Source of the DNA: Camelus ferus
Lineage: Eukaryota
Direction of reading: 5' to 3'
DNA length: 64,000 bases
Assembly (NCBI RefSeq): GCF_009834535.1
Contig: NC_045697.1
Coordinates: forward strand, 11,286,001-11,350,000
The notes below the pieces were generated by a model. The model had not been told where the DNA came from, made no database searches, and saw nothing but the letters and a program-made list of their open reading frames with translations. The position numbers and the translations under genes are program-made. Below, in pieces: positions 53,201 to 64,000 of this stretch (positions are counted from its first letter, which is position 1; the number at the start of each line of letters is the position of its first letter).

Positions 53201-54943
53201 GATTTTTAATGTGGGAGATTCAAAACAGAAGCACGCCGTCCACCTAACGGGAATCAGACCCGGGGACCTGTCTTGTCGGGTCCAGAGCTGTCAGAAGAGG
53301 AAACAGGCTAAGGAAAGGGAAAGCTTTATCTAAGGCTGCAGGCTCCAGGTTAGGAAGGAGAGAAGCTATGAGAAGAGTTCAGGAAACTCTCTTGAAATGA
53401 ACAAGGATCTTTGGCCTTCAACATGACCTGAAGCACCAGGTAGGGAGGGGCAGAGCCACGCCCCGACACCCCCCGGGCTGAGCAACGTCCCTCCGGGTCT
53501 CACTGAGTGGCCAAGGTGTTCCTGTGATCTCCTGTCCTGCCCATCCTGCCACCAGAGAAGCTGCGGTTCAGAGCCTCATGCAACCTGTCCTGGGTGGGGT
53601 AGGATTTCAAGCCTCACTGTCTTCTCTCCTCCCTTTCCACACCCAGCCTCTTCACCTGACGCACTGCCACCTCGCTCCAGGGTCTTGGTGCCAGGCTGGC
53701 TGCCAAAGGAGGGCATCTTCCCAGAAGCCACAGCACATCACTTCCGGGTTCCCAATGCTGTGCAGGCAGGAGGGAAAGCCTGGGTGGGTGATCCTGCAGA
53801 CCCACCCTCTAAAAGGGCTGCTAACAGTTCTGCAGCCCACACCGTGGCCTCACTGGTGGACAAATAAAGTGTCCCTAGACAAGTGACATAACCTTGGCTT
53901 ACGGTAATTTTGCATCTTAAACAAAATGCCATGAAAATCCTTCCTTTGCTTCAGACATACTAGGCTAAAAATAGCACAGTCAGCCAGTAAGTGTGTGTAA
54001 TTTTTCCTTTGTGCATCACCCCATCCACTGATTCCTTCCTCTCAGCAGACAAATATGCTCTGAGAAAGACCGCCAGTCCACCCTCCGTAAAGTAACCAGA
54101 GGGATCTTGCTCAAAGGCACCTCAAGTGGTTTCACTTGTCAGGCAAAAAAACACACAAAACTTAATCAGTTCTCTTTGCCTGATAGAAGAAGCCAGTGTT
54201 GATGGAATCCTTACTACTGCATGCAAGGACCAGCTGGTCTACAGGCTTATAGGCCTTATCTCACCAAATTCCCTAAAGCAAAACCTATGAGCTGAGGGCT
54301 TCTCTTGTGTCTCTTTCCAGATGAGGCAACCAAGGCACTGAGAAATTAAATAATCATGTCAGGGCCCTGTTCATACCATGCTAACGGCCAATAGATAGCC
54401 TCTCAAGGATAGAGACCACAGCCTCACTGGACATAAAGCCTTCGCAATCAACCCCCATGTCCTCTCCTGATTTACCTCCAACCACCCTCACCAATCTACC
54501 CCACACATGTATATACTTGCTCTGATGTACACCCTGGTTCCTAAGCCCCAGCCATGCCAAGATCCTCACCCTTCCTTAAACAGAGCATCACTTTTCAAGA
54601 TTCAGTTTCTTTGCCTGTGCCTTTCCTTCTGCCAAAAACATCCTTTCCAGCCCCATTCTCAAATTGGCAAATTCCTGTTCATCCCTCAAGGTCCTCCTTC
54701 CCTGCAAATCCTTACTCTCCCTGAGCCCTTTCAAGTCAGGCATGTTGCCCTCTGCATCTCCAGGCCAGTAATACAATGAAGCATGATCACGGCCATTCCC
54801 ACTTAGAGGGTGGAGGCCCCATGCTCATCACTGTACAGGAATTATCTCACTGATGCTCATAAAAATCCAAAGACATAGATTCTATCACCATCCCCACATT
54901 CCCCATGAGCACAGAGGGATAAATTAACTCACTGAAGGTCACA

Positions 54944-55658
54944 TAGTTTGGTGCAACCATTATGGAAAACAGTATGGAGATTCCTCAAAAACTAAAAATA
55001 GACTTACCATATGATCCAGCAAGCCCAGTCCTGGGCATATATCTGGAGGAAACTTTAATTCAAAAAGATACATGCACCCCAGTGTTCATAGCAGCACTGT
55101 TTACAATAGCCAAGACATGGAAACACCTTAAATGTCCATCAACAGATGACTGGATTAAAGTTGTGGTATATTTATATAATGGAATACTACTCAACCATAA
55201 AAAAGAATAAAATAATGTCATTTGCAGCAACATGAATGGACCTGGAAATCATCATTCTAAGTGAAGTAAGCCAGAAACAGAAAGAAAAATACTGTATGAT
55301 ATCACTCATATGTGGAATCTAAAAAAAAGAAAAAAGAAGGCACTAATGAACTCATCTACAAAACAGAAATAGACTCGCAGACGTAGTAAACAATCTTATG
55401 GTTACCGAGGGGAAAGGGGGTGGGAAGGGATGAACTGGGAATTTGAGATTTGCAGATATTAACTACTATATATGAAAACAGATAAAAACCAAATTTTTTC
55501 TGTATAGCACAGGGAACTATATTCAAATCTTACAATAACCTTTAATGAAAAAGAAAATAAACATGAATATATGTATGTATATGTATGACTGGACATTATG
55601 CTGTACACCAGAGATTGACACATTGTAACTGACTATACTTCAATCAAAAAAAAAAAAA
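54944..55658 (+). mobile_element. Young L1 (ORF2 C-terminal remnant, 3' UTR, poly(A)) inserted in a MIR
   Basis: ORF 54962-55210 'MEIPQKLKIDLPYDPA...KDTCTPVFIAALFTIAKTWK' is L1 ORF2p C-terminus; 'gtcaca' on both flanks. Confidence 0.95.
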
Positions 55659-55949
55659 GTCACACAAATAGTAGAGGAACAAGTCTGCAGAAATTAATCA
55701 TTTCATGCTCACACTACAGTAGGAAACAGTCTTATTGAATACCGTGACTGCTCTGCCTACAGTATGTGTGCGTGGATCTGTGTATCTGATCTATAAGATG
55801 CACATTACCCACACGAAAACAGTGATAACTTAGAATCTAGTCACAAAATGGCTGCCTCTGCGAAATGTGGCTTTTAAAAAAGACTGCTGTTGGCCACCGA
55901 GAATGTCGATTGTCATGATGGATAAAACATGAATAAGATAGAACCTGAC

Positions 55950-56219
55950 CTCAAGGATCTCTTCGATCCAGTGAAGAAAATGAGATAACATTGCATACAG
56001 CTCATGACATAGCCCGCTTTTTACCAAATACCACTTTTCTCCTTGACTTGAAGATATGTCCTTCAAGTGGCCTCATAAATTAACTGGCTGTGTCCCGACC
56101 TACTGGTTCTAGATCAACACTAACTCTTAACGTTGATTCAATCTCCCTCTTTCCAGTAGGAATTGTGCAAAAATCTTTTGATTTACCGACATTTCACAAG
56201 GTTGTGGGCTGGCTGCCTC
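55950..56219 (-). other. Candidate non-coding exon (boundaries uncertain)
   Basis: Long pyrimidine tract 'cctttctccccctgtttttatttctcttgtattatttc' before 'caag|'; possible donors TCG|gtaaat (~56187) or GAG|gtcagg (55950). Confidence 0.3.
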
Positions 56220-57054
56220 TTGAGTCCGAAATAATACAAGAGAAATAAAAACAGGGGGAGAAAGGATCTGCCCTCAAGTGGGAGGGAAAAAGCTTTCTTA
56301 AAAGGAGACAGAGAGTCCTGGGTGCATGATTTCTGACTAGTATTAAATGCTCATGGTAATAATCACAGTAGTCACCATAGCTGACCCTTTATATCAGCAG
56401 CTCTCTGCCTCACTTGGGAAAAGACTGATTACTTAGAATGCTATTCCCTTGAGTTCAAATCATGATACAAAGGAGCCAGATAATTTTTTAAATACCTACA
56501 TCACGCTAATTTGAAAAACTTAAACACTAGTGTAAATAATCCAGACAACTCAAAATTATATTTTAAGGAGATCTAAGAATACAGTGAAATACTCATCACT
56601 TTAGGTTAAAAAACTGGATTCAAAAGGGTTCACAGAATGTTCTTACGCACATAAAGGCAGATGCGTATGTCTGTGTGCATTAGATTGATATGCTAAAATG
56701 TTAACAGCAATTTTTTGCACAGTAGAACTAAAAATCATTTGCATTTACCTCTTTGTACTTTGTTGCATTTTACAACTATTTTATTATTGATACTGCACCA
56801 AGTTTTTAAAATAAAAAAAAGGAGACATATATTTTGAAACATACGCAACTTTATTTTAAATAGATTGGCAAGGAAAACAGTCATAAATTCTAAAGCAATA
56901 AAGCTTAGTGATGTGTTTTTCAACATCAATAGCATGATGCTAAAGATCGATACCATTTTAAGGCAAACTGGAGAATTGGAGAAGGAGAAACGGTGTAAAA
57001 CGGAAAAGTTTTTGTAGGGTTAAGGATGAAATGAGTGATCGGGAAGAGTGATTT

Positions 57055-57085
57055 GGCCACTTCCGGGTCGTTACCCAGGCAACTA
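57055..57085. promoter_or_regulatory. ETS + RFX composite site
   Basis: ACTTCCGG (57059-57066) and GTTACCCAGGCAAC (57070-57083). Confidence 0.45.
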
Positions 57086-58501
57086 TTGTTGTGATTTAGA
57101 AAACCTGAGGCCCCTTCTGCATCTGCAGCATGTAGTCCAGGGGAGTGCCACTCGTGTCTGGTTTCTGCACTTTCAAAATCAAGAAGTTTAGGCCAGATGA
57201 TCACTTGTGCTATTCCAGCCCTGAAATTCTGGGATTCAGCTAACTGGGGAGTCACAGACTCCATCAAATGTTCTGTATCAGAACCTTTCAAAGGCAGGTG
57301 AGATGCAGCAACTACTTAATTTCAACTTCAAGGAAGAAATTTCAGCCAACTGCAGGGTAGTCACGGCTAACATTAAGGCATAAGAAGACTTTTTTTGTGT
57401 GTATGGCCAAATGGTTAGCCTTGTTTATTAGTGCAACTTTTGCTTGCCCACACAGATTTTCAATTTCAAGATCAAATCCTCAGAAGTCCTAAGAAATGAC
57501 TCATACTGGGAAGTAAAATTTAGCAAGCACTACCCTCTCAAAAAAATGTGTGTGTGGTGTGTGTGTATGTGTGTGTGTGTGTGTATGGAAACAATTTAAT
57601 GTTTGGGCTATGCAAACTATTTCTCTAGAAAGGTTGATTAAAAATTATTACTAATGTGGAACTCTAAATAAAAATCACAGGTGACCTTGTCAGTGAAATG
57701 AAGTGTAGGAAGGTATGGGTAAGTCAAAAATTCAATATGAAAAATCAGGGAGGCTCTACACTGAACCTGGTGGGACAGATCAGTACGTCGTAACGCCCAG
57801 CTGCATCCATAAGGACCGCAGAGGCAGGTAGCTTTATTACCCATCAACCTGTTCCCTCGGGCCAGAAAGATACCGCACGGTGCCGGCCAGCACATCATCC
57901 ACCCGTGCACTTGTTCAGTGTGTTAAGGAGAAAGCCGCAAGGTGTCACAGTGGATCAGTTTGGCAGGGCTCTTATCAGTCCGGACACACGGGGGTGCTAT
58001 ATGCCTCCACCTGCTGCTGACACAGCTCCCTTGGAGAAGTCTGTGCCAGGCTGCATGTTGAGAAGTGTGATTCTTTAAGGAAAACGGCCAGTCAAGGCCA
58101 GCCGGTGCGTTCTCCAGCCTGCCCCAGGCCCCTGTTTAGGTGGCCCTACAATGGCAATGGTGAAGGGGAACACGTCAACGTGCTGTTGTCTCCACTGAGT
58201 TTGGGGAGATCATGGCCCAGAAGGAGTAGGAGTAATATGTCATCACTACTCTATGATGGTGGAACACCTTTTTATATACACAAAGTTTATTAAAAATAGG
58301 TTGCAAATGAAAAAGAATAGAAATGCAAAGTGACAGCAGTTTGGGTGTTTTCTCCGTGGTAAGGCACAGTTACGAAAAGCACCATCACATATTATGAGAA
58401 CCCCAAACCCACAAGTCCTACAACGTGTCACTGCAAGTTCCCTTCATTACGCTGAAATATGTTATTGCAAGCCATGTAAGACGTATTTTTAAAAATACTT
58501 T

Positions 58502-58662
58502 CATGGTTACCAAAGGGCAGGGAGGGATAAATTAGGAGTATGGGCTTAACAGACACACACTACTATGTATAAAATAGATAAGCAACGAATGTTAATGTAT
58601 AGCACATGGAACTATATTCAATATCTTGTAATAACTTATAATGGAAAAGAATCTGAAAAAGA

Positions 58663-58694
<32 letters not shown>

Positions 58695-58760
58695 AATTGA
58701 ATAAATTTGCTGTACATCTGAAACTACCACATTGTAAATCAACTATACTTCAATAAAAAA
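58502..58760 (+). mobile_element. 5'-truncated L1 3' UTR
   Basis: 'atggttaccaaaggg...gggataaattaggagt...gaactatattcaatatcttgtaataac...aactatacttcaataaaaaa'. Confidence 0.9.
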
Positions 58761-58849
58761 TAAATACATACATAAAGACACTTTTAGGAAATCAAGCAAA
58801 GTTTTGCATGACTTACATGGCAAATTGCAGAGAGGACAGAGAATAAGGG

Positions 58850-58993
58850 CATCACCACCATCACCATCATCACCATCATCATCACCACCATCATCACCAC
58901 CATCATCATCATCATCACTATCACCACCACCATCATCATCACTATCACCACCACCATCATCATCACCATCATCACCACCATCATCATCATCAT
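58850..58993. repeat. Compound (CAT/CAC)n trinucleotide microsatellite
   Basis: About 48 in-phase triplets, almost all CAT/CAC, with a duplicated 24-bp unit containing TAT. Confidence 0.95.
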
Positions 58994-58994
58994 A

Positions 58995-59160
58995 GTTCCC
59001 ATTTATTAAGCACTTACTATATACCAGACATTTTACATGCATTAGCCATTCACCTGCCAACCTAAAACTCAGGTTAAGAAAACAAATGTTTAGAAAAGTT
59101 AAGTGACTTCCCTAAGATGACACAGCAAGCAAGAGGCAGAGGCAGGGTTTGGGTCCACAA
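58995..59160 (-). mobile_element. MIR SINE
   Basis: 'catttattaagcacttactatataccagaca...aagttaagtgacttccctaagatgacacagc'. Confidence 0.75.
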
Positions 59161-59884
59161 CTGACTCGTTATAAGTCATATTTCAGTTCAGATCATTCCA
59201 GGTATGCCACTCTTTTCTCTCCCAAGCGAAAAACACTGGCAGAAAAAAACTATGTGTGTTTTCATAACCAGAAGTTTCACACATACACAAACACAATCTG
59301 ATTGGAGAGAGCATATCTCTCTCATTTGTCTCTCTGTCTCTTTTATACACATGCACACATCATACAATTTGCAAAAAAGCTATTATAAACCACAGCATTA
59401 TATACTAATAAAAATTCCCTTATCTTCTATGTGTGCAAAATCACTTTGAAATAGCTAATTAATGGTCCTGAAAGCCCTTTCCCAAGACACAAAGTACTCT
59501 AGGAACTGCAAGGTATCATCATGATTCATGTCATAATTCAGGGCTCTGGGCCCTCAGGTAGATCCAAAGAGAGAGGTGGTGAGAATATCAAATGAGAAAA
59601 AAGCACTGGGACAAGTATAAATATTTTTAATCAGAAGTCAGGAGATTCCCAACAGATTCCCACCACCCAGAGGGCGAAGTTCTCAGCTCAACACGTCCAT
59701 CACAGAACAAATTCTCCTTTTCAACATTCCTTTTCCTGCAGGCCTGCTGAACATTCTCTCTGTGAACGCTCACGGGGCTGTTAGGCTCACAGATTCTTTT
59801 CCAACTGTAACTGTAGGTGATTATTGGGACGATTCAAGGCAAATTCCAGTGTCAGTCTGGATTTGTGTTGGTACAACTTAATTT

Positions 59885-60630
59885 CCTTTATTCAACAGAT
59901 ATATGTTGCTTATCAACTGTATGCCATGGGGCCTTGGACAGAAAGCCGGGAACTCGACAACTGGGCCCTTGTCCTCACACGGCTCATATTCTATTGAGGA
60001 CAGGGAGACACTTAAGAAATAAACTAGAAGCAAGAAAATATCCACCCTCGATAATTCCTCTAAAGAAACTGATCAGGGCATGTGACAGAAAGTGAGTGGG
60101 GCTGGTGGGGGTGGGTGGTCATTTTAATTGAGGTGATCAAGGAAGGCCTTTCTGTGAAGGGGGCATGTGGTTGATCAGTAGACGTACTAAGTGCTGGGGC
60201 TCTTATCCTTCAAGGTCGTTATTTTCTTTGAGAAATTTAATCAATTACCTGCAAATAAAGCCAACACCATGCCAAATTCTAATTCAAATTAGATCTCCCA
60301 GTACTTATATGGGTTATTCTGAAGAAATCCATATATCCATTCTATCACTGAAGACAAGAGTGTTGAGATACGAACAAGCTTGGTAAGTGAATGGGTCCAA
60401 CAGAGTCCCTTGTGGCTGGAGTTTTTTGAACATGGGGTAAGCCTGGACCATCAGGAAGCAATAGATCAACAGAACCTTAAAGCCAGAGTAAGGAGCTTGA
60501 AATTTGTTCTACATGTGAGGGGAGGCTGGAGAGTGATACGATCTGATTTCTGCTTCAGAAATATCCCCTTGGCTGCTTGTGGGAAAACAGATTATAAGGT
60601 GCAAAGAGGGAGCAGGAAGTACATTTAGGG
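59885..60630 (-). mobile_element. LINE-2 fragments (interrupted near 60180-60400)
   Basis: 'tattcaacagatatatgttg...actgtatgcca', 'atcaaggaaggcctttctg', 'gtaaggagcttgaaatttgttct...gatctgatttctgcttcaga'. Confidence 0.6.
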
Positions 60631-61999
60631 GGAAAGAAAAGCTGGGGGCTTGTGATGTCCTCAGAACAGGACTGGTTCCTCTTCTTTAGAGGGTTCCTCC
60701 GAATCTTTAATGCTAAGCCTTCTGTTTTTAATTGGAAGACTTGAATTTCAAAGTTGGCTAGTTAAAAGTGGTATAAAGTGAGGGCAAAGTGCAGCCGTCA
60801 GGGTTGCCAGCCCGGAGTGGCTGGTCTTGGCCAGCACGTTCGGGAGAGAACATGGAAGGAGGGAGTTAGAAGAGCCAGCTCCTGGGGACCATTGATCATG
60901 TAGGACCCCCACTGGTCATGCATGCCCATTCTCCCCGTCAAAACTTGCCTGGCCGATGTTCTGCTTACCTATGCCAAACTGATAAACACATTCTAACAGG
61001 GTATCGCTCCAGATCTTATTTTTCTTAGATGAATGTATTTTTGGTCTTGGTCTTTTTGGACTTGGTCTTCACCTCTCTGAGCCTCAGTTTCCTTATCTGT
61101 TAATGGAAAACCAGAACACATGCATCTTGGGCTTGGGAGTGGATCACATGAAAAGATCTATCTTATCTCTGAGAATTGGCAGGCATTTACCATAAAGACC
61201 ATGGCTTCACAGGTAGCTAAAGTTGGCTGCCAAGGTAGGAAGGAAATATCATCTTCCACAAGGAAATGCAGAAACACACAATGTGGAGAGATTGGCTCTT
61301 AAGAGAGGATCAAACTAGAAGAATCAGAAGCCAAAACATGAGGGGAGGTCTTTTCCCTCCCTGTCTTTATTGTCTCTAAGATTCCTAATTGATTACCTGC
61401 AAAGGAAGCTAATCTCATACCAAATTCTAATTCTGCTTTACTCTCTTAATCTTACATTTGGAGGAGGCGGGTGGCACCACCAAAAATGGGATAGCTTTTA
61501 TGCTCCCCCCATTACTGTTTAAAATAACTAAAACACCATCTTCCACAGAGCATGGCTAAGAAGAATCAAGCACTGAATGGAAATCTAAATATTTTTCAGT
61601 TAAAAAGTTAAACTCTTAGATAAGTATGCATAGTATTCCACAACAATTCCAGTGGCTCTTCAGATAAGGCCACTTCAGTGAATACTGGAAATATTCATCC
61701 TTCAATAGGGAGTGTGATTTCAGTTCTTTTCAAAAACTAGATATATTTTTCATCTCTAACTCCATCCTTCGGAATTTCACGTGGTCCCTTTATAAATCAG
61801 TCAGGCATTTCAGAGGCAAATAATCCAACCAGTTTGGGTGGATGGGGTCAACTTTCCAGCCACTGCCAAAGTCAACGTACCCAAGGAAAAAGTGAATGTA
61901 TTCACCTAATAAATTTGCACAGGTGAAACCAGACTCCTAGCTATATTTCTTATCTCAGAGAAGTGCAACAGCAAAGCAGTCAACAGCATAACCTCTAAA

Positions 62000-62190
62000 A
62001 CTACCATCTGTGTGACCTTAGACAATTTACTTAACCCTTTATTTCCTCATCAGTAAGACAGTAGATATTAGTGGTACCTATCTCAGGAGGTGATTATGAG
62101 GGTTACATGAGTTGACCTACAGAAAACACTTAGCACCTTGGCCCTACAGACAGTGAACACTGCATAGATGCTCATTGCTGTCATCATGAC
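62000..62190 (+). mobile_element. MIR SINE
   Basis: 'ctgtgtgaccttagacaatttacttaacc...tttcctcatc...gtacctatctcagg'. Confidence 0.8.
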
Positions 62191-62494
62191 TACCTTTCAG
62201 AAAGGTGTACATCTTTCAATACACAAATGCACGGTGTAATAACCTAACACGGCACCACACTGTAAGAGTTGGTTTGTATGTCTCCCTTTGTTACCAAATT
62301 GTAAGCTTCTAAACAGACCATATCTTCCATCGTCTCTGTATTTCCAGACTCTGATATTATCATTGCCTAAAGTACAGAAATTCTTGAAAGAATGGCTGAA
62401 GTTTGCCTCAACTATTAATAGTTGCTTATGTTCAGATGCAAGCAGCCAGCATTTAAACATATACAAAAAAATCTAAGCTTCTAAGCTTAAGTTC

Positions 62495-62508
62495 AGAGAA
62501 AGAAAGAG

Positions 62509-62562
<54 letters not shown>

Positions 62563-62648
62563 GGAGGGAGGAAGGAAGGAAGGAAGGAAGGAAGGAAGGA
62601 AGGAAGGAAGGAAGAAAGAAAGAAAGAAGAAAGAAAGAAAGAAAGAAA

Positions 62649-62679
<31 letters not shown>

Positions 62680-62820
62680 AGAAAGAAAAGAAAAGAAAAG
62701 AAAAGAAAAGAAAGAAAAGAAAAAAGGAAAGGAAGAGAAAGTAAGAAAGAAAAAGAGAGAAAGGAAGAGAGAGAGAAAGGAAGAAAAAGAAAAAAGAAAG
62801 GAAAAAAGAGTGGAAGAAAA
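62495..62820. repeat. Polypurine tract: (GAAA)n-(GGAA)11-(GAAAA)n
   Basis: No pyrimidine on the plus strand from 62495 to 62741; only two T residues up to 62820. Confidence 0.97.
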
Positions 62821-63675
62821 TATCTTGGTCAGAAAATGACAAAGGTACATGTAAATATCTACATCAGCTGAACACGTTTTCAAAGCTCTGATTTCTGCTA
62901 CTTTCAAAAAGAGATTGTTTTCCCAGATCACTTATATTCCGAGACCCACCGACCAAATCCAAATAAGTAACTTTATGAATCTTGCTCTTGACAATCTTGG
63001 GGGTTGTTTTTTGTGTTCTTTGCTTGCTCAGAAAGGGGGTGTTCTGTGTTCCTCATGAAAATGAGTTAATGTGGACAAAAGTAATAAAAGGAGATTTATA
63101 GCCCTGTCTCCATACAATTTAAATTAATTTCTTTCCGAAATCCAAACAAAAAGCTAAATGCTTAAAAAATGCATACTGTTTGAATCCTATATCATAATTT
63201 ACACACCAAAAGGGGAGAGGTTTAAATGTGCATTGATTTCAGGCTGATAAGAATCTGTGTTGAATGTGAGTTGAGAGATTTTTTTTCCCCTTCTTGGCCT
63301 CTAACGAATTGTTAGTTTGCAGCAATTTTTAATTAAAAACAGTTCCCATAGTAAGAAAATGGGGAGGGGAAGACCTTAGGAAAATAAAATCAGTAGAGTC
63401 CTGCAGTGTGTTTTCTGAAGCCACGTAGAGATCTTGAAAAATAAGAGAGTTTGGAAGTTCTCATTTTTAAAACTTCACTTTTGGTTTCATTTAACATTTT
63501 CAAAATAGCTTTCCATACCACTACTAATTCCCCCCTCCCCCCATCCTCCCCCACCCACTTCGAGCAACTCGGAGAGTTCTGTGTTTAACACCGAAAATCA
63601 TTCATATGCCTCAGAGTAACAGCACCATTTTTCTTTCTAAATTTCTAGGAAAAAAAAAAAAATCCGAGTTCTCAC

Positions 63676-63824
63676 CAAGCAGTTTTCATTTTTTTCCACC
63701 TATCCAAAATACCTAATCTCATTTTAACTAGACTCCATCTGAACATCAGAGATACTAAGCTATCCCATGAATAAACATGATGTTTCAACATGAAACCCTG
63801 TGACTGAAGTATATAAAAATGTAG
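63676..63824 (-). other. Candidate 149-nt early exon (likely 5'UTR with upstream ATGs) of an unidentified minus-strand gene
   Basis: Strong acceptor 'ctcttggtcttttctttcag|' and donor 'TTG|gtgaga'; flanked by C-rich, CpG-containing sequence near the window end. Confidence 0.5.
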
Positions 63825-64000
63825 CTGAAAGAAAAGACCAAGAGCCCTCCGCCCGCTCCCACCCCCTCCCACCCCCTCCCCGGGGAGTCGGAGAGTTGAG
63901 CTGAGGCGGGGTGAAAGCAGCAGATTTCAATTTCAAGGTCTTTAAATATTTTCAACGTTCATATTAAATCCAGTAAAACTAAAACCCATAATTCTAATAA

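Noticed and set aside
54962..55210. 82-aa ORF with real protein similarity
   Set aside because: Frameshifted C-terminal remnant of L1 ORF2p in a truncated copy, not a host gene
58743..59060. Poly-Asp/Gly, poly-Met/Val and poly-Ser/Pro ORFs
   Set aside because: Translations of the (CAT/CAC)n microsatellite
59662..59680. CTCF-like motif CACCCAGAGGGCG (similar at ~50450)
   Set aside because: Mismatches at informative positions; cannot be supported without a PWM score
62453..62931. Phe/Ser/Leu-rich ORFs resembling membrane proteins
   Set aside because: Translations of the (TTTC)n/(TTCC)n repeat
1..64000. CRISPR array, operon, miRNA/snoRNA, or a named host gene
   Set aside because: No regularly spaced repeat-spacer array, no bacterial gene structure and no small RNA that I recognise; no coding exon to justify a gene symbol

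Overview
This is mammalian genomic DNA, most likely camelid: it carries tRNA-Ala-derived SINEs of the vic-1 type alongside young L1 3' ends. I found no intact protein-coding gene, structural RNA gene or CRISPR array. The supplied ORFs look like chance ORFs, microsatellite artefacts or transposon remnants. Much of the window is interspersed repeat (MIR, L2, old and young L1, MLT1 LTRs, and hAT DNA transposons including a ~1.36 kb Charlie1a-like element). The unique sequence looks like the 5' intronic region of a large gene on the minus strand. Support for this is the plus-strand bias of young L1s and LTRs, several minus-strand exon-like segments, and promoter-like islands at ~53 kb, ~40 kb, ~7.6 kb and ~4.4 kb. 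I could not identify the gene. The best leads are a possible array of alternative promoters and 5'UTR exons, a possible spliced antisense transcript from the ~34 kb CpG-rich element, composite TF-motif clusters, and a 90-bp diverged local duplication that interrupts an L2. Nothing here supports a genuinely new biological system. Repeat family names come from recalled consensus sequences, and boundaries of old repeats are approximate.
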